In this document: positions 8,936-17,920 of the stretch, in pieces
Numbering within the stretch: the stretch's first letter is position 1
Layout of the letters: every line of letters starts with the position of its first letter
Position numbers and translations under genes: made by a program
The notes under the pieces: generated by a model
What the model was told of the DNA's origin: nothing
The model's database searches: none
What the model saw: only the letters and a program-made list of their open reading frames with translations
Virus record (IMG/VR): IMGVR_UViG_3300025859_001166
Location: 1-34,082 of that record
Source: a virus
Reading direction: 5' to 3' (one strand)
Length of the DNA stretch: 34,082 nucleotides

Positions 8936-9916
8936 ATGGCTTACACAAAAGGAGACGTTTTTGTAAAAAAGGAAAGCACATGGGGAGTTGGTATTGATCC
9001 AACTTCACCCACAAGCGGAATAGATGAAATATTGGGCCTGGACTCAGAATATGAGTACGGCCTTGAAAATCAGATCACAGCAGTAAATCCGGCTGCAATG
9101 GCATACCCTTCAGAGATATCCTATCACACCGCAAAGGCAAAGGGAAAGATAGATTTCGTATATAACGGGGCTCTGCCTTTTGCCCTGATGCTTGGGGGTA
9201 CTGCAAATTCAGATCCCCTGGAGGATGAATCACCTTACACATGGACCATAACACCCTCCAGCACACCAATTCCTTTCACGACTTCATGCCTCATGAAGGG
9301 AACAAATGACAAAAGGGCCCAGATCATCGGATGCTATGCAAAGAGCCTGTCATTTAAGATGGGCCTAAACGAGCCGGCGTCTGGAACTCTTGACATTGTT
9401 GGAAAGGACCTTGATCTAAACAATCCCTTCACAGCACCAACAACAGTTGCAATCGACGACTCAAAAGCATGGAAGCCCCACGAGTTCACATATGCCATAG
9501 GTTCGATAGCAGGCATCACATACATAACAGATCTAGAATTTACAATTTCTAGAAGCATTGACGTTGGACACGGCCTTTCTGGAAGGTCCCCATCGACAGC
9601 ATACTCCGGGAAGTTTGAGGCAATAAACGGGTCAATAACGGCATACATCCCAGACTCAGTGACAGCAAACGAAATAGAGCAGCTTGTTCTTGGCGGGACC
9701 TCTACAAATGAAACACTAGCTGCAAAGGATATCGTCATTGACAAGGGCTATGCGGACGAGGCATCTGATTCTGCAAAGATAACTCTTTCTAACTGCATCT
9801 TTTCAGATTACAGTGCAGCATTCCCGCTTGACACAAAGATGAGCTACAAGTTCTCATTTTCTGGAACATCCGCCCAGGTGCTGTGGGAGGCGCCTTTTGC
9901 AAAAACTAACTGGTGA
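8936..9916 (+). CDS. Major tail (tube) protein
   Basis: 326 aa, Thr/Ser-rich; begins VFVKKESTWG (phage tail-tube-like); precedes chaperone and tape measure. Confidence 0.75.
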   Translation: MAYTKGDVFVKKESTWGVGIDPTSPTSGIDEILGLDSEYEYGLENQITAVNPAAMAYPSEISYHTAKAKGKIDFVYNGALPFALMLGGTANSDPLEDESPYTWTITPSSTPIPFTTSCLMKGTNDKRAQIIGCYAKSLSFKMGLNEPASGTLDIVGKDLDLNNPFTAPTTVAIDDSKAWKPHEFTYAIGSIAGITYITDLEFTISRSIDVGHGLSGRSPSTAYSGKFEAINGSITAYIPDSVTANEIEQLVLGGTSTNETLAAKDIVIDKGYADEASDSAKITLSNCIFSDYSAAFPLDTKMSYKFSFSGTSAQVLWEAPFAKTNW

Positions 9917-9925
9917 GGAGAGTTC

Positions 9926-10246
9926 ATGGCTATAGTTGAAAAATCATACTTCCTGCATGAGCGGGATGAGAGGGGAGATCTGAAAGCGATCATTATCGAG
10001 ATTGAGCCCGGCAAGGAAGCCAAGGTCATACCAATCCCGGAAGGAGAAATAGCCCTGCTCTCAGACCCTCAAAAAGGATACGAGATCCTATCGGCGCATA
10101 TAGTTGAGCCAAAGCTTTCTGCAGATGAAATCAAAAAGTTTGGGAAGACAAAGGCAATAGCCAATCTAGTCCAAAAGCTCCTTGACATAAGCGACATAAA
10201 AGAATCCTTTCGCCCCGAGCCTAGAAGCAAAGGCAAGGCTGCTTGA
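9926..10246 (+). CDS. Tail assembly chaperone (gpG-like)
   Basis: 106-aa acidic ORF between the tail tube and tape measure genes. Confidence 0.7.
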   Translation: MAIVEKSYFLHERDERGDLKAIIIEIEPGKEAKVIPIPEGEIALLSDPQKGYEILSAHIVEPKLSADEIKKFGKTKAIANLVQKLLDISDIKESFRPEPRSKGKAA

Positions 10247-10451
10247 GGAGCAGGTGCTGCATCAACTTGGGTATAAAGTATGGGAAATACCAAAACTAAC
10301 GATCTTGGAAAAAAGAAGATTGGTGAGGGGGTATGTTCTGTACCAGAATCCGGAAGACACCCAGGAAGAAAAGAGAATCCAGGCTGAAGAGCTGATAAAA
10401 AAGAGAAAAGAGCATGCAAGAGCAAAACGTCAAGATAACTGTCACAGCTGA
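10209..10451 (+). CDS. gpT-like extension of the tail chaperone, probably reached by +1 frameshift (174-aa G-T product)
   Basis: The +1 frame is open from 10200 to 10451 (FAPSLEAKARLLEEQVLHQLGY...). TCC TTT CGC lies at 10205-10213 in the gpG frame. Confidence 0.65.
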   Translation, partial: FAPSLEAKARLLEEQVLHQLGYKVWEIPKLTILEKRRLVRGYVLYQNPEDTQEEKRIQAEELIKKRKEHARAKRQDNCHS

Positions 10452-12318
10452 AGACAGGGCTTCCGGCCCTATAAAAAACGTCGAGTCAGCACTTGGCAGT
10501 CTTGAGAAGGGCACATCCAAAGTCGGCGGGGCAATGTATTCTTTGGGCCATGCGGCAGAAGTAGCCGTAGGTACAATGGCAACAGCCATCACAACTTATG
10601 GCATCGCCGCAGTGCAGAACTTGAATCGAGAGATGGTAAAGCTCTCATTAGAGCAGTCAAAGTTCCAGTCACAGACAGCGAATCTTTTGAAAAATGCAGG
10701 CATACAGTCCTACTCAAAGCAGATCGAGAAGGTGATAGGCCAGCATTCCGAACTAACATCCATGGACGACATCTCAATCCGGAAAAGCTTCAACAATCTC
10801 ATCACTGTAACAAAGGACTATGAAAGATCGCTAAAGCTCTTGTCAGCGGCGGAAGACTATGCGTCAGCCCAGGGGATTGACCTTGAATCTGCAACAAAGC
10901 AAGTTGCAATGGCGCTTAGCGGGAGCACATCAACGCTAGAGCAGAATGGTGTGGTGCTTGACGCCCTCAGCATGAAATCAATGATGGCCGCACAAAAGAT
11001 GGACTACCTGGCAAAGCAGATGGAAAAATCTTTTGGCGGAAGTGCAGAGGCTCTAAGGACTTCAACAGCAGGGATATTTGCCAATTTTCAAAATCAGGTC
11101 CAGAATCTAAAAACAATTTTTGGAAATGAACTGACCGGGGCCATATCGCCAGCATTAGAAAACATTGCAAACAAGATTTCAGAGAGGATAAACTCCGGGG
11201 AAATCCAGCCGCTGGTAGATGCTTTTGGGAATCTTTTAGAGCATTCAATAAGCTTTGGCTCAGAACTTGGCAACGTTATCATGAAGCTCACAGGTGTTAC
11301 TTCCTCTTCGGAGGCTGTCACAAAACTGGCCGATGCCTTTGACAGGGTATCATATATTTTGGGCATAATTGAGGATGCGCTTTCTAGGATAAATGTCATC
11401 ATCAAGGATTTACACCTAGACAAGATTATAGATCTTGGACTTAGGGCAACAAATCCAGGTGGCATGGCTCTCTGGGATTATGCGGGGCAACAGGTGCAGT
11501 ATGAAAAAGCTGGAGCGTATACGCCTTATGAAGCGGCCTCTAGAGGCCAATGGATTAATCCAGGGGCGGTAAGCCCAAACTCACTTCCGGGAGAATCAGA
11601 AAATGCCGCAGACGCATTGGGGCATTTGCGAGAGATCCAACGTACTGAAAATGAAAACAAGGAAAAGAAACAAGACAATTCTTTGGCAGTCCAAAATAAC
11701 ACACAAAATGTTCTCTCTGCTACAGAACTTCTCAAATTATACAAAGACCAAACATCAAAAACTGGAGCTGAAGTCGATACGCTTGGGAAGACTGCAGGTT
11801 CTGCGATCAGCTACATGAACAGCGCAATGAATACAGTTAGGCAGATGCTTACTCCTTCTGGAGGTGGGGGCGGAGGTTGCAGGACTTTTAGTAGTGGTTC
11901 ATACACAAGTGATGGACACAGCGAATCATATACTAGCGGGGATGGCTCAAGTCGTTCGTCAGGGATGGCATGGTATAATGTTTTAGGAAATGAAAACGCA
12001 GCCTACACTGCATCAAAAGGAGAATCATTTGCTAATTCAGTTACTAATGTGACCCGTAACTCTTGTTCAGGATTAGTCTGTAGTTTTGAGGCGGGCGGGT
12101 CTACTTACTACAAAAATGATGCACTGATCACAAAAGATGGAAGCATTGTGAATTTTCATCCGGACGATAACATATTGGCCTTCAAAGATGGGTCAAAGCT
12201 CCAGGGCAAAAGTATGGTCGTGAACAATACTTTCAATATTTCAGGCAACGGCGATCCTGACAAGATCGCCGATGAAATCCTGAAACGAATCAATAGGATC
12301 ACCAGGGTGGGATTCTAA
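10414..12318 (+). CDS. Tape measure protein
   Basis: 634 aa, Ala-rich and helical; begins VKITVTAEDRASGPI; ends with typical VVNNTFNISG...DKIADEILKRI. Confidence 0.88.
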   Translation: MQEQNVKITVTAEDRASGPIKNVESALGSLEKGTSKVGGAMYSLGHAAEVAVGTMATAITTYGIAAVQNLNREMVKLSLEQSKFQSQTANLLKNAGIQSYSKQIEKVIGQHSELTSMDDISIRKSFNNLITVTKDYERSLKLLSAAEDYASAQGIDLESATKQVAMALSGSTSTLEQNGVVLDALSMKSMMAAQKMDYLAKQMEKSFGGSAEALRTSTAGIFANFQNQVQNLKTIFGNELTGAISPALENIANKISERINSGEIQPLVDAFGNLLEHSISFGSELGNVIMKLTGVTSSSEAVTKLADAFDRVSYILGIIEDALSRINVIIKDLHLDKIIDLGLRATNPGGMALWDYAGQQVQYEKAGAYTPYEAASRGQWINPGAVSPNSLPGESENAADALGHLREIQRTENENKEKKQDNSLAVQNNTQNVLSATELLKLYKDQTSKTGAEVDTLGKTAGSAISYMNSAMNTVRQMLTPSGGGGGGCRTFSSGSYTSDGHSESYTSGDGSSRSSGMAWYNVLGNENAAYTASKGESFANSVTNVTRNSCSGLVCSFEAGGSTYYKNDALITKDGSIVNFHPDDNILAFKDGSKLQGKSMVVNNTFNISGNGDPDKIADEILKRINRITRVGF

Positions 12319-12319
12319 A

Positions 12320-12433
12320 ATGGAAGCAAAAAGCAAAACGGAATATCTCGTGACGTGGGTGGTCCGGGATAAAGATGGCAACATAAAAGAGATGGGTAAC
12401 GACTATCCAAAAATAGAAAAAACGGAGGATTGA
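12320..12433 (+). CDS. 37-aa ORF (MEAKSKTEYLVTWVVRDKDGNIKEMGND...), apparent detached N-terminus of the next protein
   Basis: Not in the ORF track; translated by hand. ATG is 1 nt after the tape-measure stop. VVRDKDGNIKE motif. Confidence 0.55.
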   Translation: MEAKSKTEYLVTWVVRDKDGNIKEMGNDYPKIEKTED

Positions 12434-12438
12434 ATCTT

Positions 12439-12819
12439 ATGGCAACACTCGTGAACAAAGGACTTGAATTAAAGGCCAAACTACTGAATGGTGTATCTAC
12501 TGCCCCATTCACATATATTGCACTGGGCTCTGGTACAACAGCAGAGGCAAACGACCAGACCGCATTAGTTACGGAAATCACGACAAACGGCGGGGCAAGG
12601 GCGGCTGCAACATGTGAATATGAGGCCGACTACAAGGCAAAGTGGACAAAGACCTTCTCCTTTACAGGAAGCCTATCGGTCAACGAAGTTGGAATTTTCA
12701 ACGATGACGGGGATCCTGCGGGAGATATGCTGATGAGGCACAAGTTCTCGGCGACAAAGGCAGTTGAAGACGGCGACTCCCTGCAGATAATCATCAAAGA
12801 AACTGAATCCAGGGCATAA
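12439..12819 (+). CDS. Tail-collar/fibre-associated structural protein (paralogue of 17422-17910)
   Basis: FTYIALGSGTTAEANDQTALVTEI...VNEVGIF; GGAGGA RBS at 12424-12429. Confidence 0.65.
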   Translation: MATLVNKGLELKAKLLNGVSTAPFTYIALGSGTTAEANDQTALVTEITTNGGARAAATCEYEADYKAKWTKTFSFTGSLSVNEVGIFNDDGDPAGDMLMRHKFSATKAVEDGDSLQIIIKETESRA

Positions 12820-12824
12820 ATCTA

Positions 12825-12840
12825 TTTTTTAATTTTTTTT
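12825..12840 (+). terminator. Oligo-T tract (archaeal terminator/attenuator candidate) before the large tail gene
   Basis: TTTTTTAATTTTTTTT directly after the stop at 12819. Confidence 0.5.
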
Positions 12841-12859
12841 AATTTGGTAAAGTGATAGC

Positions 12860-15800
12860 CTGGCCGAATACGACTACAGTGTTTCAGGAGTAAATAAAAA
12901 GCAAGAGGTAATCCAAAAAAGGACACTCACTTCAAAAACATTTCAAATTGCGCCAGGAAAGTTTAGAAGAGTCTGTCACGAAAAGCCCATCCATTATGAA
13001 GATGCCAATCGCAGTCTAAGAACTATTGATATAACGATCCGAAAAGAAAAAGACAAATTCATAATGGACAAGCACCGATTTTCTGTTGGATTCAGAAAAG
13101 ACAGAAAAAAGGAAAAATACTTTGGCTTCCGGAAAGGGTATGAAAATCAATACGAGGTAACAATAAGTAAGATCATACTCAACGGGGAAGAAATTACTTT
13201 TGATAGATTTGCCAGAATAGAGCAGATCAATGATTACGAACTGAAGCACGTCATAGCAGACGGCCTTTGGATACACAACAGGATCCATGAGCGCTATGTC
13301 CAGGAATCGCTTGTAGTGGATACTGAAAAAATCCCCCTGAAAGATGTTGAGGTCTGGTATGAGCTGCATCTGAAAGGATTTCACCTGAAAGGAAAAAAGG
13401 CAGAAACATTCATCTTTGAACTGGACACAAAAGAAAAAATCTGGATACCCGAGCCCAGGATGTGGGTGGAAGATCTTGATTACTTCTCGCAGCCCTTGAA
13501 GCATAGAATAGTAAAAAAAGACGGCAAGATCTTCTATATCAAGTATTTTGATGATAAGGCCAAAAATTGGGCATGGATGGTCCAGAAATACGGACTTCTC
13601 GGGCCCGGAAATGAAAAGCTGAAAGGCAAAAAAACAATATTTATAGATTCTACAACTTACTATTCCACTTCTGCAGACGGCGACATAAAGGGAAAATATG
13701 ACGCTTCTTGGAGCACAGCACGCACGACTGGCGATACCGTTTCAGCCTCCAGCACGGCCATAGTCGTCAGCACAAGCAAATCCTTTGACAAGTCAGTTAA
13801 CGGATACGCATACACAATAAGAAGAGGATTTCTATACTTTGATACTTCAGATATCCCAGACGGCGCAACAATCGATACAGCCGCTCTATCCGTTTATGTC
13901 TATTCACATTCCAACGGCCCCACGCTTTGCGCATTGAAAGGAACACAATCATCTTCCCTTACAACAAGCGATTTCACAGCGTATAGCGGTAGCTCTTATG
14001 GCACTATAGCTACAAGCACCAGCGGTTACAAAACAATCAACCTTGATTCAACTGGCAAATCAGATGTTTCAACAACAGGCACAACAAAATACTGCTTGAT
14101 GGAATACACCTATGATTATGCAGATAGCCCGCCAAGCCTAACTACGGCTTATACAGGATATATCTATTCATCAGAGTATTCCGGAACAAGCTATGACCCA
14201 AAGCTCGTGATAGAGTATACCGAGGCTTCTGGGGAAGAATATGAAGAGACTGTTACTTACACTGCAAACAGTGCAGTCACGGTGGCCTCAGCCGGGATAG
14301 CCCGTGCAGCAACAATAACTTACACCTCAAACGGGGCAGTCTCCTGTACTTATGGCTCAATTTATTCTGAAACTGTAAATCTCACAGGATTTGGATCAAT
14401 CATCATCCAGGACATTGACACTGACATCGAAACAATACTTGTCACCGGCAAAGGCGGCTTTTCTTATGAAGATCACAGAGGGTATTCCTCTTTAGTTGAA
14501 CTTACCGGAGCCGGGGCCCCAACAGTTTCAGCGGCATTTTCATATCGGCAAACTATAACTTATCTGGGCTATGCGGCAATTGAAGCTGCAGCGGTCACTG
14601 ATTATATTTGCAGCATAAATTACTCTAGTTTGGGCGCAGTTGTTTCCCAGGATATAGACACAGATATCGAACTTATCACATTTTCAGGTTATGGATCACT
14701 TGCAGTTTTTGGGATTTCAATCTTGGCCTTATATGTAACTTTTGATGGGGCCGGAGCAACTGAGGCTTTAGGGCATAAGCAATTATTCAGTATTTCAAAT
14801 ATCACCGGTGCAGCAGCTTTTGAGATAGATGCAATACTAGGAAAGGTAGTTGGTGTAACATTTGGAGGCGCCGGATCATTTGAAATACAAGAATATTCTG
14901 GGTCCACAACTGTAATAGAATATCAAAGCAATGCAGAGGTAACAATATCCGCAACATTGGATTATGTTTCAAATATCACAACAACAGGATTATCGTTTGT
15001 CACAGTTACAAAACACATGGATAAGTATGATCTTCTTGAAGTAACTTCCAAGGCTTCAATAGAGATAAGCACAACTGCAGAGTATACTTATAGTGCTGTT
15101 CTGACTGCAGCTTCTTCAGTTACAATACAAGATATTGATTATGATATTGAATTGATCCTTTTCACTGGCGTAGGATCAATCCAGATTCAGGACATGGAGC
15201 TAATAGATTATATTTCAAAAGCTTCGATAAATGTTTACTCTTTATGGACTCCTCCCGATATTATAATCTTGGGCGCCGGGGCCTTGGAGTTGGCTACAAC
15301 AACAGATTACACAATAAGTGCTGCTTACACTGCAAACGGATCCCTTTTGCTTCAGGACATCGATTCTGACACTGACTTGATAGAGCTTACCGGAGCAGGA
15401 TCAATCACAGCGGAAATAACAACAGGCTTCAAAAAAACATTGAACATCATTGGATTGGGCGATCTTAATTTTAACAGCATCACCGCATACATCCTAAGTG
15501 AATCAATAGCCGCTGATGCAGAGATAGATATCCAATTGAGCGCTTCATTTGTTGGAAAAAATGAAGCTATCGGCACAAGTGCAATGGAGATTGCCGCTGC
15601 AACTGCTTATCACGCACTGATAGAAATTGATTCTTCTAGCTCCATAATTATCCAGGATGTTGACACCGATATCGAGATAATAACTTTTGGATCTGCTGGG
15701 GCGTTACAGTTTATCGACGTTGAACAAATTGATTATAATTCTTATGGAGCCCTATCAATAAACAGTGAAACTACTGGGGCAACACCACTGTTCTGGGCCA

Positions 15801-17431
15801 TAATTGTGGGGCAACCCGGTGGCATTGAGATAGATCTGACGGCCTTGGACAAAATTGAGTATGCAAGATTCACAGATGAGAAAGGCAAAAGATCGGATTA
15901 CTTTGAAATCAGCTTATACAATGATGATGGGGCCTTATCAGAAACATTTGAAGTGGGAAATGATGTATTCTTCTATGTTGATGAAAATGATCCGCCGGCC
16001 ACGAAGATCTTCCACGGCCTTATTACCTCAGTTGAGTTTGAGCTGGACGAGTACCGGAGCAATAGCATAATACTCTCCGGGGAAGATTATGGCTCGATTA
16101 GGACTGGCCAAACAACGATATCAGGTGCCGAGACATACAACAACAAGACTGCCGATGAAATAGTTTCAGATATTATTTCTAGATACTGCTCTGAGATAAC
16201 AACAACTAATCTTGAAACTTTTGCGGAAGCTATTCCCTCGATGACTTTTGCATGGGAGTATGTTGGCCAGGCGATTGATAAAGTCGCTAGTCTTGTGGGT
16301 GCTGACTTTTACATTGATGAAAATGACGACCTTCACTTTTATGATGCTGCAGATCTATCCGCAGATCACTCGATATCAAGTGGCGAAATACTAAGTGCAA
16401 AGATCAAACGAGATGCAATGAAATACTTTGACAGGATCTATGTTGTTGGTGGCAAACAGGGCTTCTTGGACTTCAGCCAGGCCACAACAACAACTGAAGT
16501 GTCTCTGCACGATAAATCCTACGCCTCGACATTTACGCCATCAAAATCAAATATACTGTTCCTGGAAGTTTATGTCAAAAAAGTGGGCAATCCCCTTGAT
16601 GATCTGATCTTTACAATCATTGAAGATAACGCTGGAAATCCAACGGGAAGCATTGTCGGCTTTGGATCAATCCCCCAGGAAGATATTTCCACTGACGGCG
16701 GATGGGTGAAAACAACATTAATCGATTCACAGCTTGACATATCAAAAATAAATTGGGTAGTTTTCAATATAATAGGCACGGCAACAGACACTTACAAAGT
16801 TGTGCATAATAACACAACGGCAAGCGGACATAAATACAAAACTCTTGCTGGATCTTGGACTGCAGCAACTGGAAAGCTGGCTTTCAAGACTTATTATGGG
16901 GTGCAGATAGTAAAAAGCGCCACGACAGAAACAATGATGTTTGAGTACCACACCGATATACCGATTATAGATCTGACTATCCAGGAGGCAGACACTGCAA
17001 TGACTTTAGCGCAGCAAAAGGCAATTGAATACGCCTTGAAAAATGCATCAAGAATTGTGATAAATCCGCCGGGAAAAAGATTGAAGGCCGGGCAAGTAAT
17101 CGAGTTTACAACCCTTCCTGAAATGCCGTCACTTGAAGACCAAACAATACTATCAGTGACTTACGAGATAAGAGAAAGGGAAATTTCAACAGTCACCTTG
17201 ACATGCACCGCTGCAGACGACTTTTACTCTGCATTTGCTAACTTGTTTTCCGAGCTTAGACGGCTGAAAGTGAAAAACATCTTAGAATCACAGGAGCAGA
17301 CAACAGATTATAAAGAGGCAACTGAAACACCTACGATCGCATTATCAGAAAATATTTATGAGGCGGCAGCAGATTATGAGGCCGAATATGATGACAACGA
17401 AGCGAGATGGGATGTGAGCAAATGGACATAA
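12860..17431 (+). CDS. Large tail protein (1523 aa from CTG; 1455 aa from ATG 13064): WapA/Rhs-like N-terminal module, DNRLRE-like carbohydrate-binding domain, 20-aa repeat stalk, C-terminal baseplate hub (Tal-like) domain
   Basis: The frame is open from 12851. RTLTSKTF...PIHYED...ID lies in the extension. RRGFLYFDTSDIPDGATIDTAALSVY is DNRLRE-like. QDIDTDIE recurs five times. IFHGLITSVE...SGEDY...KTADEIVSDII is hub-like. Confidence 0.75.
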   Translation: MAEYDYSVSGVNKKQEVIQKRTLTSKTFQIAPGKFRRVCHEKPIHYEDANRSLRTIDITIRKEKDKFIMDKHRFSVGFRKDRKKEKYFGFRKGYENQYEVTISKIILNGEEITFDRFARIEQINDYELKHVIADGLWIHNRIHERYVQESLVVDTEKIPLKDVEVWYELHLKGFHLKGKKAETFIFELDTKEKIWIPEPRMWVEDLDYFSQPLKHRIVKKDGKIFYIKYFDDKAKNWAWMVQKYGLLGPGNEKLKGKKTIFIDSTTYYSTSADGDIKGKYDASWSTARTTGDTVSASSTAIVVSTSKSFDKSVNGYAYTIRRGFLYFDTSDIPDGATIDTAALSVYVYSHSNGPTLCALKGTQSSSLTTSDFTAYSGSSYGTIATSTSGYKTINLDSTGKSDVSTTGTTKYCLMEYTYDYADSPPSLTTAYTGYIYSSEYSGTSYDPKLVIEYTEASGEEYEETVTYTANSAVTVASAGIARAATITYTSNGAVSCTYGSIYSETVNLTGFGSIIIQDIDTDIETILVTGKGGFSYEDHRGYSSLVELTGAGAPTVSAAFSYRQTITYLGYAAIEAAAVTDYICSINYSSLGAVVSQDIDTDIELITFSGYGSLAVFGISILALYVTFDGAGATEALGHKQLFSISNITGAAAFEIDAILGKVVGVTFGGAGSFEIQEYSGSTTVIEYQSNAEVTISATLDYVSNITTTGLSFVTVTKHMDKYDLLEVTSKASIEISTTAEYTYSAVLTAASSVTIQDIDYDIELILFTGVGSIQIQDMELIDYISKASINVYSLWTPPDIIILGAGALELATTTDYTISAAYTANGSLLLQDIDSDTDLIELTGAGSITAEITTGFKKTLNIIGLGDLNFNSITAYILSESIAADAEIDIQLSASFVGKNEAIGTSAMEIAAATAYHALIEIDSSSSIIIQDVDTDIEIITFGSAGALQFIDVEQIDYNSYGALSINSETTGATPLFWAIIVGQPGGIEIDLTALDKIEYARFTDEKGKRSDYFEISLYNDDGALSETFEVGNDVFFYVDENDPPATKIFHGLITSVEFELDEYRSNSIILSGEDYGSIRTGQTTISGAETYNNKTADEIVSDIISRYCSEITTTNLETFAEAIPSMTFAWEYVGQAIDKVASLVGADFYIDENDDLHFYDAADLSADHSISSGEILSAKIKRDAMKYFDRIYVVGGKQGFLDFSQATTTTEVSLHDKSYASTFTPSKSNILFLEVYVKKVGNPLDDLIFTIIEDNAGNPTGSIVGFGSIPQEDISTDGGWVKTTLIDSQLDISKINWVVFNIIGTATDTYKVVHNNTTASGHKYKTLAGSWTAATGKLAFKTYYGVQIVKSATTETMMFEYHTDIPIIDLTIQEADTAMTLAQQKAIEYALKNASRIVINPPGKRLKAGQVIEFTTLPEMPSLEDQTILSVTYEIREREISTVTLTCTAADDFYSAFANLFSELRRLKVKNILESQEQTTDYKEATETPTIALSENIYEAAADYEAEYDDNEARWDVSKWT
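14230..15780 (+). repeat. Degenerate ~20-aa (60-nt) coding repeat region
   Basis: QD(I/V)D(T/Y/S)D(I/T) motifs start at 14408, 14648, 15128, 15353 and 15653 (spacings 240, 480, 225, 300 nt). Boundaries are approximate. Confidence 0.7.
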
Positions 17432-17910
17432 TAGAACTGGTGAGGGGTGATAAAAATCCGTACCTGGGAAAATTCAAGATCGAAGAATACGATTTTGAAA
17501 GAGACAAGATCATAAGGGGTTCATGGCAAAAGAATCTGATCACAAACAAACTAAAAGCTGCACTTGCAGATGTGCTAACTGGAGACTATGACGCTAACAA
17601 ACATGTGATTGGCAAGCTGGCGATAGGCACTGGCAGCACTACACCAGCAGGAACTGATTTGGCCCTAACTACACAATTAGGATCATTAAAATCTTATGTT
17701 CCAGGGAGCTTGCATAACAACACATATTCAAACAAATCCGAGGCAACGTATTATTTTGATTACACGGAAGCTGATTATTATGGTACGTGGGCGGAGCTTG
17801 GGCTTTATGCTGCCAATCAAACAGATCTTCTCACCCATTCGCTTATCTCTCCAACTAAAACTTTCAGCAACACAAAAACAATGACTATTTATTATGTGAT
17901 AGAATTTTAG
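17422..17910 (+). CDS. Tail-collar/fibre-associated structural protein
   Basis: KNLITN...KLAIGTGSTTPAGTDLALTTQL...WAELGLY; paralogous to 12439-12819. Confidence 0.65.
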   Translation: MDIIELVRGDKNPYLGKFKIEEYDFERDKIIRGSWQKNLITNKLKAALADVLTGDYDANKHVIGKLAIGTGSTTPAGTDLALTTQLGSLKSYVPGSLHNNTYSNKSEATYYFDYTEADYYGTWAELGLYAANQTDLLTHSLISPTKTFSNTKTMTIYYVIEF

Positions 17911-17920
17911 AGGTATAATC

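Noticed and set aside
2419-17884. Numerous minus-strand and alternative-frame ORFs over the structural operon (e.g. 7334-7819, 9334-9744, 13016-13504)
   Set aside because: They overlap well-supported genes and have no motifs or RBS; treated as shadow ORFs.
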